Source: a virus (Duplodnaviria; Caudoviricetes). From it: a stretch of DNA of 55,140 nucleotides. Under the pieces are notes generated by a model. That model worked only from the letters and a program-made list of their open reading frames with translations, did not search any database and was not told the DNA's origin. Of the stretch, positions 18,288-27,607 are shown one piece after another. The stretch lies in the IMG/VR virus record IMGVR_UViG_3300032281_000128, positions 1 to 55,140 of that record; one strand, 5' to 3'. The stretch's first letter is position 1. Each line of letters begins with the position of its first letter. The translations under genes and the position numbers were made by a program.

Positions 18288-19486
18288 TGACGACGTATAC
18301 TAGCGTCTTTGGCGGGGCTAACATTTACCCGTCTGAAATCAGCTATAGCGCAACCACGCTTGCTACAGACATAACTCTCAGCTGGCCAGAGGAAACCTCT
18401 GCCGATGATAATCTGGCTACCAAAATTATAGACGCCAGTCCGAGTACTGCGGGGCGTATTATAACGCTGCCTGATGCGAATAAAGCCGGTACGGGTGAGA
18501 CTATCCTATTCAACAACCTCGGCGCACAAACATTCATTGTGAATAACGCTAGTGGTGTTCAGGTTGTGAGTATTGCTCCCGGGACGTTGTGGCAGGTTTA
18601 CCTCAGCAACAACACCACTGTAGGTGGTACATGGCGTGCCCTACAGTATGGAGCAGCTGTTTCTCAGGCCAACGCTGCGTCTTTAGCTGGCACGGGTATC
18701 GTTGCGGTCAGTACGCTCCTCAGCCAGTCTGTTCCCATCACCTCGTTCAACAGTAACTACACCAGCGGTGCTTCTGACCGCGCCAAGATGTTCAATTGGA
18801 CCGGCGCGGGTGGAACTATAACATTACCTGACCCGACGACGGTGGGTAATAATTGGTTTATCTATCTACGTAACTCGGGTAGCGGAGCAATTTCTGCTGA
18901 CGCTCCGGGCGTCAGTTTGATTGACGGTAACTCGTTCCTCAGCTTCCAACCGGGCGAATCTGCAATTATTGCGAGCGACGGTATTGGTTTTTACACTATC
19001 GGCTTCGGACAATCTGCGACCTTTGCGTTTGACTACACGGTTATCAACGTACCCGGAACCGGAAATTACACGTTGACCGGTACAGAGTTAAACCGTATCG
19101 CTTATCGTTTTACGGGTGTTTTGACCGGAAACCGAGTCATTATCGTTCCTGCTACGGTTCAGCAGTATTGGGTTGATAACCAAACAACTGGTTCATATAC
19201 GTTCACAGTCCGAACTCCTGCGGGGACCGGGGTTACCATTTCAAGCGGCGAGCGAGCTATTTTGTATTCAGACGGTACTAATGTTCTGGATGCTGATACC
19301 GCCGGTGTGTCTTACCCTATCGCTGTTAACCAAGGCGGTACTGGGGCAACCACTGCCGGTTCCGCACTGATTAACCTCGGTGGAACCTCTGTAGGTATTT
19401 CACTTTTCACTGCTGTAGATCAGGCTGCTGCTTGGGGCGCACTAGGTGTTGCCCAAGCTGGTAATGTTAATGGTGGAACCTTCTAA
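18287..19486 (+). CDS. Tail structural protein
   Basis: Beta-rich; ITLPDA/ITLPDP duplicated modules; ends NGGTF. Confidence 0.65.
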   Translation: MTTYTSVFGGANIYPSEISYSATTLATDITLSWPEETSADDNLATKIIDASPSTAGRIITLPDANKAGTGETILFNNLGAQTFIVNNASGVQVVSIAPGTLWQVYLSNNTTVGGTWRALQYGAAVSQANAASLAGTGIVAVSTLLSQSVPITSFNSNYTSGASDRAKMFNWTGAGGTITLPDPTTVGNNWFIYLRNSGSGAISADAPGVSLIDGNSFLSFQPGESAIIASDGIGFYTIGFGQSATFAFDYTVINVPGTGNYTLTGTELNRIAYRFTGVLTGNRVIIVPATVQQYWVDNQTTGSYTFTVRTPAGTGVTISSGERAILYSDGTNVLDADTAGVSYPIAVNQGGTGATTAGSALINLGGTSVGISLFTAVDQAAAWGALGVAQAGNVNGGTF

Positions 19487-21318
19487 TGGCTGAAACAACC
19501 ATCATCTTGAAATCTGACCCCGGTATAAAACGGGACGGAACCAAGTTTGAAGGTAACGCTTATGTTGACGGGCAATGGGTTCGTTGGCAGCGCGGCTTGC
19601 CGCGTAAGATGGGTGGTTATCGCTCATCACAGAAATACCTGACTGAAATCAGTCGGGGGTTTTCTAACTTTACCCAAATGAATTTTGTGTATTGCCACTC
19701 CGGTGGTCAGAACTTAGTTGAGCGGTTCACTATTGACGCTACCTTTAATAGTTCAATCGTAACCAACCGCACTCCGGTTGCAGCTGCGGCTACGGGTTCA
19801 GTTACGCTGACTGGCGGTGCTGCGGGTTCTGTAAATGATATAACGGTCGATGACGTTTCCATCATGTCAGCTCCGGTTTCGTTCACTACCAACTTGTCAA
19901 CCACAGCTACGGCTGTTGCGGCAAACATCACGGCTGCTGGGCTCGGTTATACGGCTGTCGCTGTCGGCGCTGTTATCAATATAACGGCAGCGGTCAACGG
20001 CTCTCAATTCAACGGTAACGTCGTCGTCACCGCTACAACCATTACCACGACCAAAACCAACATGACCGGTGGAACCACCACCGTAATCAGCAATCCCGCA
20101 AACTTGTGGATGTTTGATTACCAGTATGATTCCTCTACCAGTCAGAATTACATAATCGCTCATGTTTCTCCTAATATGAATTGCACTTGTAACGACGCTG
20201 GTGGTCAAATATATTACGGTGACGTGCGCGGTACTGACCGTCTAGAGTCAATCAAACTACCTGTTGGTGCCAATGCCACTGGTGGTATCGTGTCACTCCA
20301 TCCGTATTTATTTTACTACGGTACAGACGGTATTGTAGGTTGGTCAAAACCGGGTGAACCCACAAACATGACTGACTTTGACAACGGCTCAGGCGTCGCC
20401 CGAGTTTGGGGTCAAAAGATAATCAAGGGTCTGCCGCTCCGTGCAGGTTCGGGTAGTGCCCCTGCCGGTATATTTTGGGCATATGACGCAGTTATACGTG
20501 CGACGTTTGTCGGCGGTGCTACGTTGTTTCAGTTTGACGTAATTGCAACTGACACATCAATCATTTCTGAGAATTGCGTCGTTGACTTTGACGGTGTTTA
20601 TTTTTGGGCTGGTACTGATCGGTTCATGATGTTCAATGGTGTGGTGCGAGAAGTACCCAACCAGATGAACCTGAACTACTTCTTTGACGGTATAAACAAA
20701 AGCCAAAGTGCCAAGGTGTTCGCTTACAAGGTTACACGCTACGGTGAAGTCTGGTGGTGTTACCCACGGGGTGACGCTGAAGAGTGCACCCATGCTGTAG
20801 TTTATAATGTCCGCGAAAACACATGGTATGATACCGAACTGCCGAACAATGGTCGCTCTGCCGGTTCGTTCAACAACTCGTTTGCTGCGCCAATCCTCAC
20901 CGGCGTAGAGGGCACAGGTGGAGACTACCGTATCTGGATACACGAGCAGGGTGTTGACGAAATTAACGGCCCGGTTATAAACCCGATACTTTCCTTCTTT
21001 GAAATGGGTGATCTTTCCAACGCTGCTCAAGGTAACAACCAATACGTGCGTATCAGCCGTATTGAGCCTGACTTTGTGCAGAGCGGCGACATGACGGTTC
21101 AGATTGTGGGTCGGGCTAACGCTCGTTCACAAGAAGTCTACGGCACTATATTTACGTTCCCAGATCAAGCAACCCAACCTTACGAGCAGATCGTCATGCT
21201 TAAAGAGCAACGGCGTGAACTCCGTGTCCGGTTTGAAAGCAATGCTGTTTACGGTGACTACCAGATGGGTCAAGTCATCGGTCACATCAGCAATGGCGAT
21301 GATACGGTGCTCGGCTGA
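19486..21318 (+). CDS. Tail tubular B/nozzle-like protein
   Basis: PGIKRDGT...DGQWVRW...PRKMGG; GEVWWCYP...VVYNVRENTW; RIEPDF. Confidence 0.65.
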   Translation: MAETTIILKSDPGIKRDGTKFEGNAYVDGQWVRWQRGLPRKMGGYRSSQKYLTEISRGFSNFTQMNFVYCHSGGQNLVERFTIDATFNSSIVTNRTPVAAAATGSVTLTGGAAGSVNDITVDDVSIMSAPVSFTTNLSTTATAVAANITAAGLGYTAVAVGAVINITAAVNGSQFNGNVVVTATTITTTKTNMTGGTTTVISNPANLWMFDYQYDSSTSQNYIIAHVSPNMNCTCNDAGGQIYYGDVRGTDRLESIKLPVGANATGGIVSLHPYLFYYGTDGIVGWSKPGEPTNMTDFDNGSGVARVWGQKIIKGLPLRAGSGSAPAGIFWAYDAVIRATFVGGATLFQFDVIATDTSIISENCVVDFDGVYFWAGTDRFMMFNGVVREVPNQMNLNYFFDGINKSQSAKVFAYKVTRYGEVWWCYPRGDAEECTHAVVYNVRENTWYDTELPNNGRSAGSFNNSFAAPILTGVEGTGGDYRIWIHEQGVDEINGPVINPILSFFEMGDLSNAAQGNNQYVRISRIEPDFVQSGDMTVQIVGRANARSQEVYGTIFTFPDQATQPYEQIVMLKEQRRELRVRFESNAVYGDYQMGQVIGHISNGDDTVLG

Positions 21319-21548
21319 TGTTGAGAGTTACCATCCCGACAGGAATGTCTCTGCGAGATTGGGCAGACCAGATTACTCTGGACCTAGACCCGTATGGTGC
21401 TTTCGGTCGGTTAGACATTGAAACTAACTGGCAAAATTGGGCCATGCAATTCTTAAATAACATGACCTTAAAAGAGAATATTCCCAACCCTTATAATTTT
21501 ACAGACTGGCGCGAATGGGCTGAACGTTTCTGCCAAACTGTTGAATAA
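21318..21548 (+). CDS. Small Trp-rich hypothetical virion-region protein
   Basis: Coupled ORF; WQNWA...PNPYNFTDWREWAERF. Confidence 0.6.
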   Translation: MLRVTIPTGMSLRDWADQITLDLDPYGAFGRLDIETNWQNWAMQFLNNMTLKENIPNPYNFTDWREWAERFCQTVE

Positions 21549-21630
21549 GAATTATCGCTTTGGTTTCTTGAAAAAACCAATTATAAATGCACAGGTGACG
21601 AGCGAACCACGGCTCAATAAAGAGGTTAAA

Positions 21631-23463
21631 ATGAATAGAGAAGATCTCATTCAGATGGCGCGAAGCGACCCGCAGTTCGCTCAAGTTATCGAAATGATCC
21701 GGTCACAGATCGGCGATATTGACATTACAGCTGAAGATTTGGATGAAGCTATCCAGATGTTTGAGCTGATGCTCAATCAGCCGGAGGCTTACCCGCAGAT
21801 TCGCGAAGCTGCTATTTCTGACGGTGTGGTTGACGGGGAAGACCTTCCTGAACAGTTTGACCCTATCATTGTCATTTCGTTCCTCGTCGTTCTTTACGGC
21901 TTGCAGGATGAAATGCGTGCTCAGCCGCAAATGGCGATGGCTAGAGGTGGTTTGGCTATGGCGGCTAACGCCGCTCGTTCAGCCGGTCGTTACGGCGACA
22001 ACCAACTCGTCCACATGAACCGCAGTGAGCTGAACGAACTCAGCCAAAATTGGGGTAAGCCGACTATCAACCCGCAGACCGGGATGCCTGAATTCTTTCT
22101 TAAGAAAATCTTCAAGGCTATCGGTAAAGTTCTCAAGATTGCCGCGCCGATCATCCTGAGCGTAGTTGCTCCGGGTCTAGGTACGGCTATCGGCACCGCT
22201 ATTGGTTTCGGTGGAACAGCTGCGGCTATTGCTGGGGGAGCTATTCTAGGTGGTGCTACTTCCGGTCTAACCGGCGGTAACGTGCTTAAAGGCGCTCTAA
22301 TGGGCGGCTTGGGCGGTGGTTTAGGTAAGGTTGCTGGTGGGTTCGCTAACAAGAGTTTAGGTCTGGGTCTGGGAGCCGGTGCTCAGAACGTTCTGGGTGG
22401 CGCTCTTATAGGTGGAGCTTCTGGCGCGGCTACGGGTCAAGGCTTCCTCAAGGGCGCTGGTCAAGGTGCCCTCGGCGGGGTGATCGGTAATCTAGCCGGT
22501 GGTGTCAACGCGCCTAACGCATTCCAACAGGGTGTTCAGTCTGCCGGAAGAACTTTCGGTCAGGCGCTCACAGCGGGTTATAATCCTAAAGAAGCAGCTA
22601 TGGCTGGCGCAACGGCTGGTCTGATGCGCGGTGTAACATACAAGCCGTTACCATCACCATCCGCGCAAGTTGTTGACTCCCTTAAAACCGGGCAACCCCT
22701 TACACCTACCGACGTATCACAGACGTCGCTTGATTTTGTAAATGACCCGAACCTAGTTTCCTCTAACGGTGCTATCGGATCGAGCACCAATCTTACTGGC
22801 GGCGCACCTATGTCGCCTAGTGAGTTTAGCGCACTTACAACTAACGCCCCTGATATGGCTGTTAGCGCTGGTGCTCCGACAGCAGCCCCGAAGGGTGGAG
22901 CTCTCGGTAACGTAGCGAAATACGTAGGCTTGGCTAGCGCGGCTGGCTCATTGCTTTCATCAGCCCCTAAAGAAATTCAAGATGCTGTCGTTCAATTGAG
23001 TCCTCAACAACAAGAGTATTTCAACCGCCCTAGCGTTTCTTTTGACTGGGCTAAGCTCCAGCGTGACGCAGCTATGAGCGGTATGGGATTGAGCCAATAT
23101 ATGGCTAACAATTGGAACGCATTGTCAAGCGGCGCTTACAACGTGCAGAACCCAGTCCCTCCTCTTCCTGGAACTCAAACTACAGGAATGTATAAAGGTG
23201 GTGCGCTCGGCGCAGTATCACGCTTTGCTCGCGGAGCCGGTTCTGGTCGTGATGACGTGATTGATGCTAAATTGTCTGACGGTGAATACGTTATTGACGC
23301 TGAAACAGTGGCGTTGTTAGGTGATGGTTCAAGTAAAGAAGGCGCTCGCCGTCTTGAGAAAATGCGTAAGGAAATCCGCCAACATAAAGGTAAAACGTTG
23401 GCCAAAGGCAAGTTCAGCCCTAACGCTAAATCTCCTCTCGTATATATTAAGGGAGCCCGATAA
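21631..23463 (+). CDS. Internal virion/ejection protein with Gly-zipper region
   Basis: AGRYGDNQLVHMN...TINPQTGMPEFF; long Gly/Ala hydrophobic region; GSGRDDVIDAKLSDGEYVID domain; GAGG SD favours start 21631. Confidence 0.65.
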   Translation: MNREDLIQMARSDPQFAQVIEMIRSQIGDIDITAEDLDEAIQMFELMLNQPEAYPQIREAAISDGVVDGEDLPEQFDPIIVISFLVVLYGLQDEMRAQPQMAMARGGLAMAANAARSAGRYGDNQLVHMNRSELNELSQNWGKPTINPQTGMPEFFLKKIFKAIGKVLKIAAPIILSVVAPGLGTAIGTAIGFGGTAAAIAGGAILGGATSGLTGGNVLKGALMGGLGGGLGKVAGGFANKSLGLGLGAGAQNVLGGALIGGASGAATGQGFLKGAGQGALGGVIGNLAGGVNAPNAFQQGVQSAGRTFGQALTAGYNPKEAAMAGATAGLMRGVTYKPLPSPSAQVVDSLKTGQPLTPTDVSQTSLDFVNDPNLVSSNGAIGSSTNLTGGAPMSPSEFSALTTNAPDMAVSAGAPTAAPKGGALGNVAKYVGLASAAGSLLSSAPKEIQDAVVQLSPQQQEYFNRPSVSFDWAKLQRDAAMSGMGLSQYMANNWNALSSGAYNVQNPVPPLPGTQTTGMYKGGALGAVSRFARGAGSGRDDVIDAKLSDGEYVIDAETVALLGDGSSKEGARRLEKMRKEIRQHKGKTLAKGKFSPNAKSPLVYIKGAR

Positions 23464-25109
23464 TGGCTAGTTTGTTCCAAGGTTCTCCGCAAACCGCGAC
23501 GTCTTACACTACCCAAGCTAATGAGACTCCGCGCTGGATGCAGGACGCAATTTATAATCAAATCCAGTTAGCGCAGAACGTAGCTGGTATGCCATATCAG
23601 CCATATCAGCTGCCGACAGTTGCAGAGCTTTCACCTCTGCAGCAACGGGCTTATCAGGACGTCGTATCTAACCAAGGTGCTTGGCGCGGTATGTCAGATG
23701 CGGCACAAGCCGGTATGCTGGGGATGTCAACGGCGGGTACCGCACAAGGTTTGCGAGCTGATCAAGGCGCTTATATGAGCCGTCCAGATCTTGTTCAAAG
23801 TGACCTTGCTGCTGGTCGGAATGCTTTCGGTACTGCGGGTTCTTTGGATATTTTGGCGTCAGCCCAACCAGCCCTCACCCGCGCTGCGGGAGTTGACTCT
23901 GTAGCGGCGGCTCAACCATACTTATCTCAGGCCGGAAACCAAAACGTCATAGGAGCTGCGCAACCGTATCTGGCGGGTGCTGCTTCTCAAAACATTACCG
24001 GCGCTGCCCAACCAATGTTCAATCGCGCAGCGGAAACTACGGCTCAAGCTATCGGTGAGAGATCTTTATCAGTTGCTAATCCCTATCTTGAGGCTTCTTC
24101 TGCTAGCGCGGCCTCCAAGGTTGGCGAATATATGAACCCTTACCAGCAGGGTGTGCTTGATTTGATTGCGCGTCAAGGTGCTCGTAACCTGACTGAAAAC
24201 ATCATGCCCGGCGTGTCTGACGCTTTTATTAAAGCTGGTCAGTTTGGTTCTAGCCGTATGGGTGAAATGGGTTCGCGAGCTATTCGTGACACGCAACAAG
24301 CTATCATTGATGCTCAGTCTCAGGCGGCTCAGCAAGGTTACAGTCAAGCCATGGGTGCAGCTCAGACTGATCTATCTCGTCAAGGTCAGCTGGCCAGCAC
24401 TGTTGGTAACCTTAGCCAAGCCGACCTTTCCCGTATTCTTCAGGGTGGGTCTCAGTTTGCCAACATCGGCCAAACGCAAGGTCAGCTCACTGCTCAACAG
24501 GCGCAGATGCTCGCTAATCTGGGTCAGACTCAAGGTCAGCTAACGGGTCAACAAGCTCAGATCTTTGCGAACCTAGGGCAGACTCAAGGTCAGCTTTCGG
24601 CTCAACAGATGCAAAACCTTGCCAATCTCGGTCAGACGCAGGGTCAGCTCACTGCTCAGCAGATGGGTCAGCTCACCAATATTGGTCAAGCTCAGACTCA
24701 GGCGGGTCAGGTTCAGCAGCAGTTTGGCTTGAATGCCGCTCAAGCAGCTCAACAAGCACAAGCAGCCGATTATCAACGCCAGATGGGTGCGCTCACTCAG
24801 ATGTCCAATATGGCTCAGCAGGGTCAAGCGATGCGGGCTACAGACGTCGCGGCGCTTGAAGCAGCCGGTGCTGCCCAGCAGTCACAAATGCAGCGTGAAC
24901 TCACTGCCGCACAACAGCAGAATGAGGCCGAGCGTCTTTACCCGATGCAGCAGCTTGACTGGCTTAACACGCAGATTCGCGGTATGGCTCCAATCACCCC
25001 GCAAATCACCAGTAGGTCTTCAAGTGAAACAGGTGGAACCTATTCAGCTTCTCCATTGTCTCAACTTGCTAGCGGTCTCGCAGTTTCTCGGGGTCTGCAG
25101 AACATTTAA
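23463..25109 (+). CDS. Q/A-rich internal virion (ejection/pilot-like) protein
   Basis: YMNPYQQGV...GQFGSSR motif; 18-aa repeats ANLGQTQGQLTAQQ. Confidence 0.65.
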   Translation: MASLFQGSPQTATSYTTQANETPRWMQDAIYNQIQLAQNVAGMPYQPYQLPTVAELSPLQQRAYQDVVSNQGAWRGMSDAAQAGMLGMSTAGTAQGLRADQGAYMSRPDLVQSDLAAGRNAFGTAGSLDILASAQPALTRAAGVDSVAAAQPYLSQAGNQNVIGAAQPYLAGAASQNITGAAQPMFNRAAETTAQAIGERSLSVANPYLEASSASAASKVGEYMNPYQQGVLDLIARQGARNLTENIMPGVSDAFIKAGQFGSSRMGEMGSRAIRDTQQAIIDAQSQAAQQGYSQAMGAAQTDLSRQGQLASTVGNLSQADLSRILQGGSQFANIGQTQGQLTAQQAQMLANLGQTQGQLTGQQAQIFANLGQTQGQLSAQQMQNLANLGQTQGQLTAQQMGQLTNIGQAQTQAGQVQQQFGLNAAQAAQQAQAADYQRQMGALTQMSNMAQQGQAMRATDVAALEAAGAAQQSQMQRELTAAQQQNEAERLYPMQQLDWLNTQIRGMAPITPQITSRSSSETGGTYSASPLSQLASGLAVSRGLQNI

Positions 25110-25121
25110 GGATTACGAGCC

Positions 25122-27605
25122 ATGGGTTACGAACTTAACAAGATTATGCGTCAGTATGGGGTGTCTAGTCCAACCCTACCGACATACGCGGGGTCTACGG
25201 ACCAAGACCGCGCCAACTACGACGCCTACGCTAAAGAGTATGGTAACCGCTTGGCTACGACTTCCATGTATAGTCAGCCGCAGTATCAAACGTCCCTTTC
25301 TCCAGCTCTCCCTGCCCAGCGGGAAGCTCTTAGGTCGTTAGTACAACAAACTACACCAGCTCCGGCGCTTCCAAGTGTTCCGACGTTTCCGAGTGTTCCA
25401 GCGTTTCCAACTTTCCCATCAGGTGGTGGGTCTGCTGGACCCGGCGGACCTGATCGCGGTGCGGAACGACCATTTTTGTATAACCCTGATATGAATATCA
25501 TGGATAATGTGCCGACGTACGTTCCACCGCCTTTTAGCGAACTACCCGCATATAACCCTGATCTTAATATCATGTCTAACCCTACACCTTTCAGTGAACC
25601 TGTTAGGTATACTGCCCCATACTTAAATGAACAGTCTTACGATTTAGATCGCGGCGCTGGGTCTATGCGGGGTATAGAGCAAGAATTTCCGAATTATTTT
25701 GATATGAATACTACGTATACTCCCCCATCTGTCAGTGAACCTATGGTTTATACGCCTCCAGCAGTCAGTGAATATTCACAGCCGCCGGTAAGCATTCCGT
25801 CATATTTCGATCAGCCTGTGGAATACAACCAACTGCCGGTCTACACTGCTCCGTCTTTCAATGAACCGGCGGCGTATGATTTTAATATGAATGATACATA
25901 TACGGCTCCGTCTTTTGACCAACCAACGTACACACCTTCATACGAATCACCGTATGCTGTGGACGGTAGTGATTATGGTAACTTTATGAACAATGATTTC
26001 AATTCTTACCCCGGTTATTTCAACTTTTCTGAGCAAGACCAGTTTTATAAACACGGTGGTCCGGTTAAAAATTTCGCTGTCGGCGGTTTGAACGACATGG
26101 CTGATAGCTACGGTATCAACATGCTGCCCGGTAATGAAGACTTTCAATATGGCCCACGCCCAACTAAGGGTCCTCTAGGTTCTTGGATCCAACAGGTCGG
26201 CACGGAAACAGTGCCCGGCGTCACTATAGCCGGTCGTGCGCGTACTCCTGAACGCAACCGAGAAGTCGGCGGTGTTAAAAACAGCTTACATATAACAGAC
26301 AATGCTGTTGATTTCCGTCCTCCTCCGAACATGACGCAGAGTGAATTGTTGTCCAAATTCAAGAGTGAGTTTGGCGCAGACTTTGACGTTCTACCTTCTA
26401 AGGGTCGTAGCGTACATGTTGAACCGGGTCCCAGTATACTTAAGGGTGCACCTGCAGCTGTTGCCGCACAAGTTGCCCCAGCCGCCGAACTCGGCTCTAT
26501 GACTCCACCACCTTCAGGAGAAGCTGCTCCCACCAGCCGTGCGGCTGAGCTTCAAATGCTGCTTCAAGGATACGAGGGTGAGAGCGTTTATGCCGATGAA
26601 CTTGCTGCTGCCCGTAAAAAGGCAACCGACGAAGCTGACGCATTCAAGAAAATGCTTGAAGCCTCACTTGATAGCCCAGAAGACGCTAAAGCGTCTAAAG
26701 CTGAAATGTATTTCCGCCTTGCAGCGGCTTTCGGTTCTCCGACTAAGACCGGTGGGTTCGGTGAGAACCTTGGTCTGGCGAGCAAAGAGCTGGCTGATTA
26801 CTCTAAGGGTAAGCGCGAGTCGGCCCAAAGCAAGTTGGCTACCCGTATGAAGCTGCAAGAAATGCGTATGGGTGCAGCTAAAGAAGATCTGAACACTCTT
26901 CGCACTCTGTCAGCTGAAGAAATGAAAGATCAGCGAGCACTCAAGCAGTCCCTCATCAAGGAATATATTGAGTCCGGTAAACCGCAGTCCGCTGCTGGTA
27001 AACAGGCTCTTGATGAGGGTTACAAGGCTGGCACACCTGAGTTTCAGGCTCGTGTGCGTGAGGTTTCGGCGCTTAACATTGCGCGTGAAACGGCGCAGCT
27101 CGACGTTCTTCTTGCTAATCTTAAAATTAATCAAGATCGCAACCTACGTGAACAGGCTAAGGGTGAAAAGCTCACACCTCAAGAATTGACTATGAAGCGT
27201 GAGACCGAAGATTCTTTGGCGTCTTTGAAATCAGCCATGGACATGATTAGCAAAGCATACACTTTGAACCCGAATACTTTCGACACGTCACTGGTCGACA
27301 AAACTCGCCGAACTGCTCTTGAAATTGCGGGTGCTAAAGATCCTAAACTGATCAACACCCGCACCCTTGAAAAACTTCTAAGGAGTCAAGTTATCGCATC
27401 TGCGGCAGAAAAGATGAAAGGTGTTCTCACTGACAGGGACATCACATTGCTTGAAGAAATTGAAGGTATCGGTGCTAAGAGTGTTGAAGAGCGAGCTTCA
27501 ATTTTACGCGAGAGCTACACCATGCTGAAAAATGCTCAAACTCGTATGCAACAGCGTCTACAGGACGTTTCTTCCGGCGCATATCGCCAAATTTCTGGGG
27601 AGTAA
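25122..27605 (+). CDS. Large internal virion protein with a peptidase M15A-like peptidoglycan hydrolase domain
   Basis: RTPERNREVGGVKNSLH...AVDF...VHVE; P/Y/S-rich N-terminal third; helical C-terminus. Confidence 0.65.
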   Translation: MGYELNKIMRQYGVSSPTLPTYAGSTDQDRANYDAYAKEYGNRLATTSMYSQPQYQTSLSPALPAQREALRSLVQQTTPAPALPSVPTFPSVPAFPTFPSGGGSAGPGGPDRGAERPFLYNPDMNIMDNVPTYVPPPFSELPAYNPDLNIMSNPTPFSEPVRYTAPYLNEQSYDLDRGAGSMRGIEQEFPNYFDMNTTYTPPSVSEPMVYTPPAVSEYSQPPVSIPSYFDQPVEYNQLPVYTAPSFNEPAAYDFNMNDTYTAPSFDQPTYTPSYESPYAVDGSDYGNFMNNDFNSYPGYFNFSEQDQFYKHGGPVKNFAVGGLNDMADSYGINMLPGNEDFQYGPRPTKGPLGSWIQQVGTETVPGVTIAGRARTPERNREVGGVKNSLHITDNAVDFRPPPNMTQSELLSKFKSEFGADFDVLPSKGRSVHVEPGPSILKGAPAAVAAQVAPAAELGSMTPPPSGEAAPTSRAAELQMLLQGYEGESVYADELAAARKKATDEADAFKKMLEASLDSPEDAKASKAEMYFRLAAAFGSPTKTGGFGENLGLASKELADYSKGKRESAQSKLATRMKLQEMRMGAAKEDLNTLRTLSAEEMKDQRALKQSLIKEYIESGKPQSAAGKQALDEGYKAGTPEFQARVREVSALNIARETAQLDVLLANLKINQDRNLREQAKGEKLTPQELTMKRETEDSLASLKSAMDMISKAYTLNPNTFDTSLVDKTRRTALEIAGAKDPKLINTRTLEKLLRSQVIASAAEKMKGVLTDRDITLLEEIEGIGAKSVEERASILRESYTMLKNAQTRMQQRLQDVSSGAYRQISGE

Positions 27606-27607
27606 AC

